Shown one piece after another: positions 48,901 through 62,029 of a stretch of DNA of 64,000 nucleotides; the stretch's first letter is position 1, and each line of letters opens with the position of its first letter. Made by a program: the position numbers and the translations under genes. Source of the stretch: Pseudovirgaria hyperparasitica. Lineage: Eukaryota. The stretch is from the NCBI GenBank assembly GCA_010093815.1, contig ML996584.1. The stretch is one strand, 5' to 3'. The notes under the pieces are model-generated. The model saw only the letters and a list, made by a program, of their open reading frames with translations, did no database searches and was not told where the DNA came from.

Positions 48901-49281
48901 AGACCTAACTAGTCGTACATCCTTCGGATTAAATTAACCGTTCTTATAATACTAAAGTACCCTACTAACGTGTAATCATGCTATTCCCTTAAAATATTAA
49001 TTTATAAGCCGCCTTCCGGCACGTAGAGTCGGCCTTAGAAGTAGATCGCGTCCAATTATCATTCCTACCTTAATAACTACAGCGGATCTATAGCGCTTCC
49101 TTTTATACTTATAACTTTCTTTACTAATATATCGGAATTCTAGGTAGATTTAATTAAGTCTTTAAGGTTTTTCTTAGTTTCTTAGACGTTTATTTAGATT
49201 ACTTAATACCCGCTCTAATTCCCGCGGAGAATCGCCGAAAGTGTCCTAGCTTCTAGCATTCTATTAGATAACTAGTCTTAT

Positions 49282-49483
49282 TATTATAGACTTTGGCTTT
49301 GCCTTGTCTCTAGCATTACATAACGGAGCCGGGACGGATAGAGACTAGTATAGGGGTATCACGTGACCTCGCTTAAGACTATACTTAAAGCTATAACCAT
49401 ACGGCTTATCCCTATTCTCTCTAAGTTAAATTATAATATATCTTAGTTACCATTATAGTAACACCTTGGTTATATCTATTATA
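49282..49483 (+). repeat. 5' LTR of inner Gypsy element
   Basis: 202-bp direct repeat of 56831-57032 with 9 mismatches, all transitions. Termini TA...TA (RIPed TG...CA). Confidence 0.95.
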
Positions 49484-52400
49484 TTAATTTAACTTTAATT
49501 ATCTCTTCCTATACGTGGCCTTATAGCATAAGATAGTCTTAACCCGTAAGACTCTAATCCAATGTAGTAACTCTCTAACTCCTTCCTTAGCTTTTAGGAC
49601 GAGATACGGTCTATCCACGAGTCTATTATGGCCGTCTAAGCGGTAAGCGAGTCTCGGATATCTAATATCGAATATAGCGTCTATACGGCTCTATAACGTA
49701 TCGACGCCCGCCTCCTTACGGTCGAGTTATATAGCCGTACTCCCGCCACCTTAACTTATAGCGACTCGTCCCTACCCTAGCCCGACTCCTCCCCGGTAGC
49801 GCCCTAACGCCTATATAGGCCTGAACCAGCCTTTCCTACGCGCGCTCCCGCCTTACTACTTCCTACGCCGTATATTATACTCGACCGGGCTCCTAAGAGG
49901 AAGCCCCTCTCCCTTAGCGACCCGTATAACGGGTCTAAGGCCCTCTTCTATATATAGTCCGTTATAATATGGTATAAGATTACCCGGGACGCTAACTTTA
50001 TTAGCATCTATAGAGACTAAATAGCCCTTATTTAGGCTAATCTAGCGCCTAAGGTATAGAGGGGGGTTAGCGCTATGTATTCCACTAGGGGGCTAAACGG
50101 CGACTAGGACCCGCACGCGTTCTTAGACTACCTTAAATTCTAGTTCGGAGACACACATACTAAAGAGCGGGCCCTCTAGCGGTTAAATATAATTATATAA
50201 AAGGTAAAGAAGCCGTTCACGGAGTACTTCGTGCGGTTCTATACCGCCCTCTAGAAGGCTAGGGGAATATACTAGGCCGACGACTAGAAGCTTATACGGC
50301 TCCGGGACGGCCTTAACTAGGAGACCCGGGCGGTAGCCCTAAACCGGGGCCTCCCGGACTAGTACGAGGCCGCCGTAGGCCGCCTTTAGAATATTAGCAT
50401 GGATATAGAGTTATTCCGGCTCCGTACTAGGTAAAGCGCCGCACCTTAAAATAGGCCTAGTAAGGATAAGGACGGCGACACGACGATATCGGCGGTCGCT
50501 ATTAAGGCCGTTAAGATAAAGAGTAAGGAGCGAGCCGCGTCCCTAATAGTAAAGGGTAGAGATAGGGTTAAGAAGAAAGAGACTCCTTCGTGGATCCCGA
50601 AGGACTTATTCTAGAAGCGCCGTACGGCGGGCGTATATACCCGGTACGGCTAGGCTAGCTACTAACACCGGGGCTATCTAAACGCTATTAACATACGAGC
50701 GCTTAAGGTTACGGCCCTAGCTTAGGATAATACTAATTCCGACTCCAAGGCGGGGGAAGTATAGTCCTCTACTAAAGCCCGGGTTGGGGGACGTTACTAT
50801 ATTCGGTAAGGAACGAAGCTATAGGCGACCCGGATAACGGCTCCGACCTAGAGGATAGCGCGCCCGCTCGGGTTATAGACGGACCCCCACCCGTTATATT
50901 ACTATTCCTCTAGGATAGGAAGTATATAGACGCCTTAGTAGATATAGGGTGCGAGTATTTCGCGGTAGTTAGCCCGGCCCTTACGGCGGACGTGGCTAAG
51001 TCGCGTATCTTGGTTCTACGTTATCGAGTGGCTCTCGCCGCTAATAGAGCGTTAGGACCGGAGATTACGGAAGTCGTTACTATCTAGTATAATATCGCGG
51101 GGTGGCGATAACGCCTTACCGCCTATATAGTACCCGGGCTAGACCGGGACCTTATCCTTAGGAGCCCGTGGCTCTACTAGGCCGGCGCCGTTATCGATAT
51201 ACACGTGGGCGAAATCACGCTTTACCGCGCCCACGGCCTTATAGCCCGGGATATTAATACCTATAGGCGCCTAATAAGCATCCGGGTCCTTACCGAGAAG
51301 GGCCGTATTCCTAGGGGTCTAGAGACGGCTTACTACCGTGGGCGAGTAGTCGCTACTAGTATCCGCGACGTTACCCGCCTCCTATAACTTATACTCCCCT
51401 AGTTACCTCCGGTATCTAACTAGAACGCGACCGAGCTTACGGAGGATAGGCGCCCGCTCCCGTTAACGCTATACGCCTACCGCGATCTCTTTAATAAGGA
51501 AAAGGCGTCGGCGCTACCTCCCCATAGAGGGAATACCGACCACTATATCTATATTAAGTCTATACCGGTAGAAACCCCTATGAACCTCCCCTAGGGACCA
51601 CTCTACGCTATATCTCGGGAATAACTCGTGGAGCTCCGTCGCTAGCTTACGGATCTTATAGATAAGGGATGGATACGGGCTAGCTTCTTAGCGGCTAGGG
51701 CGCTAGTACTCCTTATCCCTAAGCCGGGAGAGAAGTAGCGGCTATATATCGACTATAGGGCCCTTAATAGTATTACCGAATAGGACCGATACCCGCTACT
51801 ACTTATACGCGAGACCCTATACACTATTAGTAATACGTCGTGGTTTAGTAAGGTGGACATCCGGGCGGCATTTTATAAACTACGGGTCGCTACCGGGGAC
51901 GAATATAAGACGGCCTTCTGCACCCGGTTCGGCCTCTTTAAATGGATAGTTCTCCCTTTCGGTCTCTCCGGCGCCCCTACCTCCTTCTAGCGCTATATTA
52001 ACGGGGTACTAAGCGGGGTCCTCGGGGTTACCTATATAGCGTATCTTGATAATATCCTTATATACACCCCGGGCACGTTAGAAGACCACTAGGCCGCTAT
52101 AAAAACTATCCTATCTCTCCTTATAAAGGCGGACCTTTACTACGACCTTACTAAATACCGTTTCGCTACTAAGGAGGTCCGGTACCTAGGTTATATTATT
52201 ACCGCTAGGGAGTTAATCCGCCCTAACCTAGAGAAGATCGCCGCTATCCGGGACTAGGAGCCCCCGACTACGGTCCAGGGCGTCTAGCGGTTTATTAGGT
52301 TCGTAAACTTCTACCGTAACTTCCTCCCTAACTTCTCTACTATAGTAGCCCTACTCCACGCCCTTACTAAGGCCGGGACGGCCTTCTACTAGGGCCCGGC

Positions 52401-54739
52401 CGAGGACCGCGCGTTTAATACGCTAAAGAACGCTTTTATTACCGGGCTAATCCTCTAGTCCTAGAACGAGATACGCGATATAATAGTCGAGGCGGATTAC
52501 TCCGGACACGCGGCGGGTGGATACCTATCCTAAAAGGTTTAGGGTATTTAGCACCCGGTAGCCTACTATTCCGCGGCCCTTACGGCCGCTTAGCGGAACT
52601 ATACGATCTACGATAAGGAGCTCCTTATAGTAGTTTAGTATCTCTAGGCGTAGGAACCTAAGCTCTAAAGCATCTACTACCCCTTCACGGTCTATATAGA
52701 CTATAAAAACCTCGAGCACTTTACTAAGTCTTACCTTCTTATCCTACGGTAGTAACGATAGTCCGACTAGCTTATACTATTTAACTATAATCTTATATAC
52801 CGGCCGGGATCCTAGGCGGCCTACCCGGATACCCTAAGCCGCCGTAACTAGAACTTATCTAAAAAGTCCCTTCTAAGGGGACGGCTCATGACCCCACGGG
52901 CCATTAGAATAGTACTAGTAAGTACCCGCTCTAGGGAGTCCTATCTCCCCTAGGGACGAAGTATCTTTACTAACCCCCACCTCTAGGAGCTCTAGAACTA
53001 GGCCATTCGGTTAGTCCTAGTATACCGGGCCCGCCACGGGGCTATAGTAGGTAGGGCACGCCTCTTTCTACCGGAGGCGCTTACTACTAAATAGGTCATA
53101 GACTACGCCATATTAGTATACGGAATACTAATATGGCGGAGGGTCATTTAGGTGCCCGAGTGGGAACCCCTTACTATAACTATTATCTAGAAGTCCTATA
53201 CCTCCCCCCTCGCGGGCTATCCCGGTAAGAATAAGACTTATATAGCTATTCGGCGGGAGTACTACTAGAAGCGGATATAGGCCGATATCTAGTAGTTTAT
53301 ACGAAACTATAACTACTATAGGGCCCATGTAAACCGACGTAAGGCCCCTAGCCTTCTCTAGCCTCTTCCGACACCGGACCGGTTCTAGTCCTAAATTTCT
53401 ATAGATTTTATAACTAACCTCCCCTAATCGGACCCGTCCCGGCCCTAATATCTTCTTATTATTACGGACCGGCTCTTAAAGTTTATTTAGCTAGAGGCGA
53501 TAACCTCTATAGTAGTCGAAGACTATACTACGCGGTTCTATAACACGTGATAGCGTTTCCGGGGGTTCCCCTAGTCGATAATCACGGACCGGAGCTTAGA
53601 CTAGCTTAGGTAGTTCTAGATAACCCTCTACTCTATAATAGGTGTGCGCTAGGACCTCTCTACGGCCTACTACCTATAGATAGATAGCGGTACTAAGCGT
53701 ACGAACTAGGAGATGTAGGCCGTACTACGCGTCATAGTGACTTTTAAGTAAACCAACTAGCCGGAATATCTCCTAGTATATTAGCTCGCCCTTAATAACC
53801 GCACCTTATTAGTAACCGGTATAGCGCTAAACTTACTCCTAAACGGATACCACGTTAAACTATTACCACGGTAGCTACTCCCTAACGCCTCTACGACCTC
53901 AGCGAAAGGTCGGGCTATGAATTTCCTTAAACACCTTTAGGACGGCACTACCTTAGCTTAAGTAGCTATTACCTAGGCTAAGTAGCGCTCCTAAGACTCG
54001 GTAAACCGGTCACGACGCCCGGCCGAGCGTTTCGAGGTCGGCGATATAGTATAGTTCTCTCTCTAGAACGTAAAGACTAACCGCCTAAGCCGGAAGCTCG
54101 ACTAGCTATAGATAAAATACCGGGTTATAGCCTAACCTACCCCCTTAATAGTAACCCTCGACCTCCCTAGAGACCTTTATAAAACGGTCTATATAAGTCT
54201 TATCGAGCGCGCCGTAGAGGACCCTCTACCTAGCTAAGAGTAGCTCGATACCCGCCCGGGCCTAGTACTCGAGCTTAACGAAGTAGACGAGGACGTCACG
54301 GAGTATAAGGTTAAGGACATCCTACGTACGAAAAATGCACGGGGGTGGAATAAGCGATAGGTGCTCGTAAAGTAGAAAGGGTAGTTATAACTAATATAGG
54401 TCCTACTCGAGGACGTAGAAGATACTAAGGTACTAGACCGGTTCGAGTCTAGATATAGCGACGCTCGATTATATAACGGCCTACGACTCTAACGCATCCC
54501 TAAGTAGTAATATTACTCTACTATTATAGGCCTATAGTAGCCCCGATAACCTAATATAAGAGTAGAGATTTTAGAAAAGAAAGAAATAAACGCCAAACGC
54601 TAGTACCTAGTATAACCTAATAATAAACCGACACCCGCCTTAAGACATGAAAAGGTTATTTACCTAGCCCTACCCTAGGTTTACACGGCGCTGGGGCCGG
54701 TGCCGTCCTTATCCGTAAATCCTAATATAAGGTTAGTTA

Positions 54740-56250
54740 TCTAGTCCTCCCCTAGGCCGTCTCCTAATAACGGCGGCGGCTATTAATCTAGGTGGGTGGC
54801 GAGGGCGAGTCGTACTCGTCCGTAGGAGGGTTATAGCGGGGGCGGGCCGGCGACCGATAGCGGCGCGACGCTTAATAATCCTTACGGGAATAGTACCGAT
54901 GGCCACCCGAGTAACGGCGACGGTCGTGCGACCGGTCCCGATAGTTATATAACCGGTCACGACGGCGGGGAGACCGATTACGGCGGGTAGGGGACCGGCT
55001 ACGACGCTCGTAGGACCGGGAGCGGTCACGGTAGCGAGGAGGGGTCCGGGGCTAACGATAAGGCGGTGAGGACTTATAAGGAGGGGCGGCGATAGGGAGC
55101 CGGGGGGGCCTAATAGGGCGATAGCGAGAGCTCCGAGTCGGCGACTCCCTATAGCCTACGGGCCGGGGTCGGCGTAAGCGGCTACTACCTAATAAGGGCT
55201 CCTTATCCTCTATAACTACCTAAGTAATAAGACGGCGAGATGGTGGCTCCGCTAGGCGGGCCAACCCGGACGCGACTTACTATATAGTGCCCTACGTCAC
55301 GCGTTAGAATAGGTATTTAGGCTTATAAAGCTTATATACCTATAAGGTGCCGACACTAGTGCATAGCTCATCTATCTAGGCCTCGTTATAGGATACGTAC
55401 TAATTCATCTAGTAAATCACGCTGCTAATCTAGCTACGGTTACTACTACCGCGATACGGCGGCTTAAACGATGTTATAGCGCCACGATAAGGTATTACGG
55501 GAGCCTAACTAATGATACTAGCGTTACGTCGCGTGACGTAGGTAATCTCTAAGTTAGACTTATAGTCCTTATATAGGTGGTAGAACTTAGAGTTTATATG
55601 CGGCCACTTACCGGACGAAGGCTTTATCGGGTCTAGGCCGCGACTACCATAATCCGTTATATAGCTAAAGTTATTATTAACCGACTCGTGCATAAACTTT
55701 TTAAGACGACTCTACGCCTTACGCAAGGCCGGGTATATAGCGAGCTCCTTAGTATTCTATAAGTAGGTCCCCTTCGACGTATAGTACTTTATATAGTTAG
55801 TACCGCGGCTAGGCTTATAGCTACGCTCTAAGATTAGTAGGCGCCGCCACGGCGTAGAGACGGCACATACCTAAGCACCCTAGTTTTCTCTAGGGCCTTT
55901 ATATATATGCGACATGCGAAGTACACGGACTTAGTATACTCGTCTTCTAACGAGTTACCCTCTATAATATATAGCCCTATACGGCAAATAGGCTTAGCCT
56001 ATCGGGGTGCGGTAGGAGGAATAGTCTATCTAGTTAGTATAAGGAACGGTATAGGGATAGGACCCACTCACGGTACGATCGGCTGGTTCCTAGCGCCTAG
56101 GCGCGCGACGATCGTTAGGGTCTTAACCTCTAGCACCTATAGCTACCGCCGAGACGGCGCCGGTTTCTATAATAGGACTATTTAGGCCTAGAGCGCTTAT
56201 AATAATGGTATAGAAGCTGCGAGGTAGTATACGAGTTTACTAATATCATA
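54740..56250 (-). pseudogene. RIP-damaged antisense cargo gene in the inner retrotransposon (Zn2Cys6-like motif + RS-rich tail)
   Basis: Two canonical introns (56071-56026 GTGAGT..CTAAC..TAG; 55870-55821 GTATGT..CTAAT..TAG). The spliced frame runs through ORF 55693-55505 into an RSRS/RDR-rich segment. Ends are approximate. Confidence 0.7.
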
Positions 56251-56830
56251 GTAGCTACTACGTAGTATTAAGATAGTAGGCGTAAGGGTAGTTAAGGAAG
56301 AAGAAAGTCGCTAGGCGTGGGACCTATATACTCGCGTTAGGGAAAATCGTGTGGGCCGGGGTAGAGCCGGTCCTAAAATGGACGATAATAATAATAAACG
56401 CGGGTCGTGCGCAAGCTACCCCACTACTACTATATAACCCCTAGCCCGGTAAGTAGCCGGTCCTAAAACGGATAATAATAAAATAGGACGCGCGGTTCGT
56501 GCGTAGGCTACCCTACCTTCATATAACCCGACGTAGCACGCCGTAATACGAGGAGTCTACCTCCGCCACGTAACCGCCACGATATAACTATAGGATTCTA
56601 CCATCTTACAATTACATGACCTACGACGCCATGATATAAGGAACCAACCTCCGCCACGTAACTACTAGGACGCTACTATAAAAAGCTACTACCTTACTAG
56701 AAGGAATATATAGCCCTACGGTTATTATATAGTACGATATAAAGACCGTAAACCTAAGACCTAACCGAGCCGGTTATTATTATATAAAACACTAAGCCGG
56801 TCCCTAGGACAATCCTAGAGAATAAGGGTA

Positions 56831-57032
56831 TATTATAGACTTCGGCTTTACCTTATCTCTAGTATTATATAACGGAGCCGGGACGGATAGAGACTAGTAT
56901 AGGGGTATCACGTGACCTCGCTTAAGACTATACTTAAAGCTATAACCATACGGCTTATCCCTATTCTCTCTAAGTTAAATTATAATATATCTTGGTTACC
57001 ATTGTAGTAACACCTTGGTTATATCCATTACA
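56831..57032 (+). repeat. 3' LTR of inner Gypsy element
   Basis: Direct repeat of 49282-49483. Ends in ...ATTACA followed by the TSD CTTAT. Confidence 0.95.
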
Positions 57033-58484
57033 CTTATAGTATCTAAAGTATAGTATAGTCTAACTTGCACTAACTATCTACGTTATTCTATAACGATTTC
57101 TTATAATCTTTACGCCGCGATAGAGGATTAGCTTTATTCTCTCTTCTAGCTTTATATAAGATTTTAAAGTTAAATATTAATATCCACTTAGCCTAACGTA
57201 CTTATCGGTAATTAAGGACCTTAGTTAATATAAAGTAACATAGATTCGCGTAATCTAATAATAATTCGATCTAATGTACGGAGCCTTCTAAATAATATCG
57301 CTATTACTTAAAACTCTTAATAATTATAAGTAGTTCCTAGTCATGCGTATTATAACGCGTCTCTATATCCGCCATTTTATAGGAAAAGAAAGCGACCGGG
57401 TACTATTATACCTTATCTTTCGCATCTTTATACGGTTAACTAATAATTCTAGTAATTATAAATTCTAACGCGTTAGTTTTAACCCGAATATACTTCTCGG
57501 GATTAAAATACCTAAGAATTAGCGTAGTTATAAAGTAATTCTTTAACGATTAGAACGCATCTTACGCTTCCAGCGTTAACTATATCTCGACCGACTTAGC
57601 TTTATGCTATGCTCGCCTATCTATAGGGATTTTACCGCCATTCTCTATAAGTTTATTAAGCGGCGCCGTAATTCATAAGAAGTCTATAATAAATTTATAA
57701 TAATAGTTCACGAAACCTATGAATATTCTAATTTAACGTATAGTAGTAGGTTCTAGCCATTCTATAATGGTCTTTATACGCTCCGGCTCTATTTTTAGGC
57801 CGCTATATATTATAATAAAGCCGAGAAACCCAACTTCTTATTAGTAAAACTCGCATTTAGATAATTTTACGTAGAGTTTATACTACCTTAGATAATTTAG
57901 TACCGATTTCACGTGTTCTTTATAATTCTATATACTATCAAAGTAAATTAGTATATTATTAAGATAAACTACGTAAATCACGTTAAGTAATTCTATGAGT
58001 ATAGTATTAATATATCCTTAAAACGCTCCTAGCGTATTTATTAGCCCGAATAGTATAATAGTATACTTAAAATAACTATATCTAGTCCGAAATGCGGTTT
58101 TCTACTTATCTCCGTGACGAATTTAAAGCCGGTAATATATATCTTGTAAATCTAGCTTCGTAAAGTACTTTACCTTTATTAATTAGTCTAAAGATTTACG
58201 AACTAGCGGTAATAGATAATAATTCTTCTTAGTTACTATATTTAGTACCCGATAGTTAATATATAGATATAAACTTCTATCTTTCTTCTTTACGAAGAGA
58301 ATAGATACGCTAGCTAATAACATACTATAATATATCTAGCCTCTTTCGAGGTATTCTTTAATATATTTATAAAGAACTTTAAGTTCTAGTCTTAAAAGTA
58401 GATAGAGTAGGCTATAAGAGACGTCTACTCCCTCTTCGAGCTCGATCTTTAGCTTATATACATTAGGAAAGATACGGCGCTCCC

Positions 58485-59030
58485 AATACTTCTAGGTCTC
58501 CCGGTACTTCTAAAGTTATCCTAAATGGGTCCCGGTACTTCTAGAGTTATCCCAATCCTCCTAGAGTCGTCCCGGTACTTCTAGAGTTATTCTAATTCTC
58601 CTAGAGTTGTCCTAGTCCTCCCGGAGTCGTCCTAGTTCTCCTAGAGCCGTCCCGGTTCTTTTAGAATTATTCTATCGAACGTTAAGAAAACGTTTAATCC
58701 CGTTATATGCCGGCATATATAGTAACGTCCTACTAAATGCCGGTATAGTATAGTAATACTACTTTATATTACGACTATACTTCGAGTATCTAGGAATATT
58801 CTATAATATACCGGCGGCGTATAGTATGTTAGAACATGATCCCGTTATATACCGGCATATATAGTAACGTTCTACTATATGCCGGCATATAATAGTAATA
58901 CTACTTTATACTACGACTATACTTTAAGTATCTAGGAATATCCTATAATATACCGGCGCATGTCGGAATATTCTATTATATGCCGGTATATATAGTAACG
59001 TTCTACTATATAACGGTATAGAATAAATAT
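58485..59030. repeat. Internal tandem repeats in outer element (~21-bp and ~140-bp units)
   Basis: CCCGGTACTTCTAGAGTTATC-like units at 58485-58670, and a longer unit starting CCCGTTATAT at 58699 and 58841. Confidence 0.8.
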
Positions 59031-62029
59031 CTTATTTCTCTTCACGTATAGATATATATAGATATATAATTACGAGTAAACAGCGGTTCGTATTTATACT
59101 ACTATACTATCTAGTCTCTTAGAAGCTAATTAACTAACTACCTTACTTACTTCTATACTACTATATCTCTATAGAATTAAAGCGTACGCCTATTACTAGC
59201 ATGTTAGGTATAGCTATCTCTACCGTAGCTATATCTCCTTTTCCTAGGTCTAAGGCTTATATTCTCGTGCTTTCGATTACCTTATCTAACGCGGTAAGTC
59301 TAGCCTCGACCTCTAAATAGTCTAAAATTAAAGTATACGCATATACTATAGGCCGATATTATCCATGGCGATAATATCTTATGCTTGCCTACGGCTACGT
59401 CTCCTTACGTAAGTATTAGTCTACTAATACTATAAAACTAGCGACTATTAGGTCTTATCCTTCATAGACCTACGAAGCTAATACTAGTAGAATACACGGA
59501 GAATCCGACTTAGTCGACCTAAATAATCTATATACCTTATTTAATTCGGACATACTTAGGCCGGCTAGTAAATATACTAATATTTTCGCTTATGTATATG
59601 GACGTAGTACCTATATATATTAGTAAATTACGTTACTAGTAGGTAGTGTAAACACTTACTAAGTATAGGAATATTAAGCTTACCGGTACGGCACATGTAA
59701 GTACGATTTTCTCTAGGCGGTCGACGGATGTTCGTCGCGCGCGTCTAGTACTTTCATTATAAACATTATTATTAATAAAGTTATGAATCTAGTTTACCTT
59801 CGAAGCGTGTTTATTAGCTAGTAATACTATCTTCTTTCGTATAGCCTTATCTAGCTATAGGAGCGCTTCGCGTACGGGATTAGCGATTATCTTACTCGGT
59901 ATACTATTATTACTATCCCTCCGACGCGTAAGCGTGATATTAATTTACTCGTCTTCTATCTTTTTATTAGTAAGGTATATAAGTGGTATACACGTAGTAG
60001 CTAGCCTAGCCTAATAGTAGTATGCGTTAAGCCTAGACCCGGTACCCCCTTTCGATTTACTCTAGGCGGTAGATTATACCTACGAGTCCCGCGGCGTTCT
60101 ATTAGGCTATAGATTATTAAACTATCTACCTCTATTCTCGTATAACTATATAATTATCTTCTCTAGTTCTATAGCCGGGACGGATATAAACTCTACTACT
60201 AGCTTTAATATCGTGGATAGATATGCCTCTCTATTAAACCATTTAGTTAGTAGTCCCCGTTATAGGACGAATAGTAAATACTAATCGGCTACCATACGTA
60301 GTATGCGCTTACCTTCTATAGTTTCTAATGCCCTACGGACTATTACGGCCATCGTGTCCGCCGGCTTACCTTTTATTAAACTAAGGAGTTTATTTAACCA
60401 CGTTATAATAATCTTCCTTATAGTTTTATTCTATAGGCTCTTAAATACCCTTTTAGTAGTATTATCATCGATGTAGTCGGGTAACTTATCTAGAGTACCT
60501 GCCTCGATAGCCGCTAGAATATCTACTAGACTATTCGAGAGGGGCGTTATACTAACCTATATACTAAATATAAGGGTATTATATATTATATATTTATACT
60601 ATTTTATATCGGGGTTCTTTGCGGAATAGAACTCGTCTACTATTAATATACCGAGGAATACTACTTCGCGAGTTTAAGTGTTTTTAGTACTAAATTATTT
60701 CGCTCTCTTTACTCTTATAACTACGCGTCCCTTAAAAGATTTAAGATATTAGGGTTCTATACTCTAGACGGTACTATAGATTATATAGTTCTTCGTGTAT
60801 CACGACGGAAATTCGGTAGTAGCGGTCCTATTAATAGGAATCGACTATACCCTAATAATACACTCCTTATCGGTCTCGAATTTAGTAGTATTATTAATAT
60901 CGACGCTGTATTCCCATTCGGGGTGTAGACATCTCTTAGCTAAGTATTATCGGTCTACATGTAAGAATTATCGGATACTAGGGGCGTTAGTAAGGGTTTT
61001 CGAGTACGCTAGCCGTACTATTATCTTTATTAGGTTCCGTTTATTAATTTAATCGGTGAATATACTATCCGTATCGTTATACATCTATTTAAAGCGCTAC
61101 GGCTAATACGCTATTAGAAGGGACCTTAGGTAGTATAGTATAAATGGTCCTTAAAGGCGGGGTATATAGATAAAATTATTGGTCTAGCTACACGGATATT
61201 TAATCGGATATAGAGATTATATCGGGCACTTCCTATCCATGCCTGAGTCTTAAGTCGGTTATAGATAATTTCCTAGATTAAGTTCTATATTATCGCGTAG
61301 AAAGTCCTAATAAAACACGAGGCGGATAAACGTTATAAGCACGATTATCTTCCCTAGCCCTAGGCTATCTACTAAGATCTAGTACTTCTACGGACCCGCC
61401 CGCTACTTAAATATAGTAACTACCGCGAGTAACTAGCCGGTCTATGGCCTATATAACCCACTTATACTAAAGGCTGGATATAGAGTGGGTGTGTGGCCGA
61501 ACTCCTTTATTAGGTCGTCTAGTATAAGCCTAAATATACTTATAGTAAGTAACCGTATCTCTTCCGTATAATAAGAGATAGCTTAGACTACTTTATCGGA
61601 GTTATTAACGGCGAATATTCTATAGGTACATTAGTATGGTAGTATATATTCCTACTTACTTCTTAGTATAACTTACGCTTCCTATAGTTTCGTACTAACA
61701 TCGTTATCTACTAGAATTAAGTCCTCTGTATCTAGCTTTACTTTATCTCCGTTAGAGTCGTCGTCTATAGAAAGAATTTTAAAGTTAAGGCCGTTCGCTA
61801 ATATACTATCCGATATATATCTACTATATAAATTATCTACTAACCCGAATAGTTCCTGGTTTTTACGTGTCTACCGGTCGATATCTAGTAGTATAATATA
61901 TTCTAGTTTTAGGCGTTTCGGAGAATCGACTAGGTTTACTATATTATCCGAGAGTGTCCTCTTTATTTCTAGTAGCCGTAGGTAAGTCTCGCTAGTATCT
62001 AGAGGCATAACGGTATTCGTGGGGGAATT

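Larger units (their letters stand above)
49282..57032 (+). mobile_element. Inner full-length Ty3/Gypsy chromovirus (7751 bp), RIP-inactivated
   Basis: Two 202-bp LTRs with a CTTAT TSD (49277-49281 and 57033-57037). Gag knuckle GVYTRYG*ASY..RGY (~50630), protease ALVDIGCE (~50935), RT YLDNILIY (~52041), RNase H NYTIYDKELL (~52600), integrase, chromodomain (~54300-54450), and a purine tract before the 3' LTR. Confidence 0.95.

Noticed and set aside
54733..55029. 98-aa P/V/T-rich ORF from the track
   Set aside because: It is a shadow frame. The adjacent frame, continuous with the spliced cargo gene, gives the RS-rich sequence.
58485..58670. CRISPR-like array
   Set aside because: Eukaryotic context, degenerate head-to-tail units without unique spacers, and located inside a retrotransposon.
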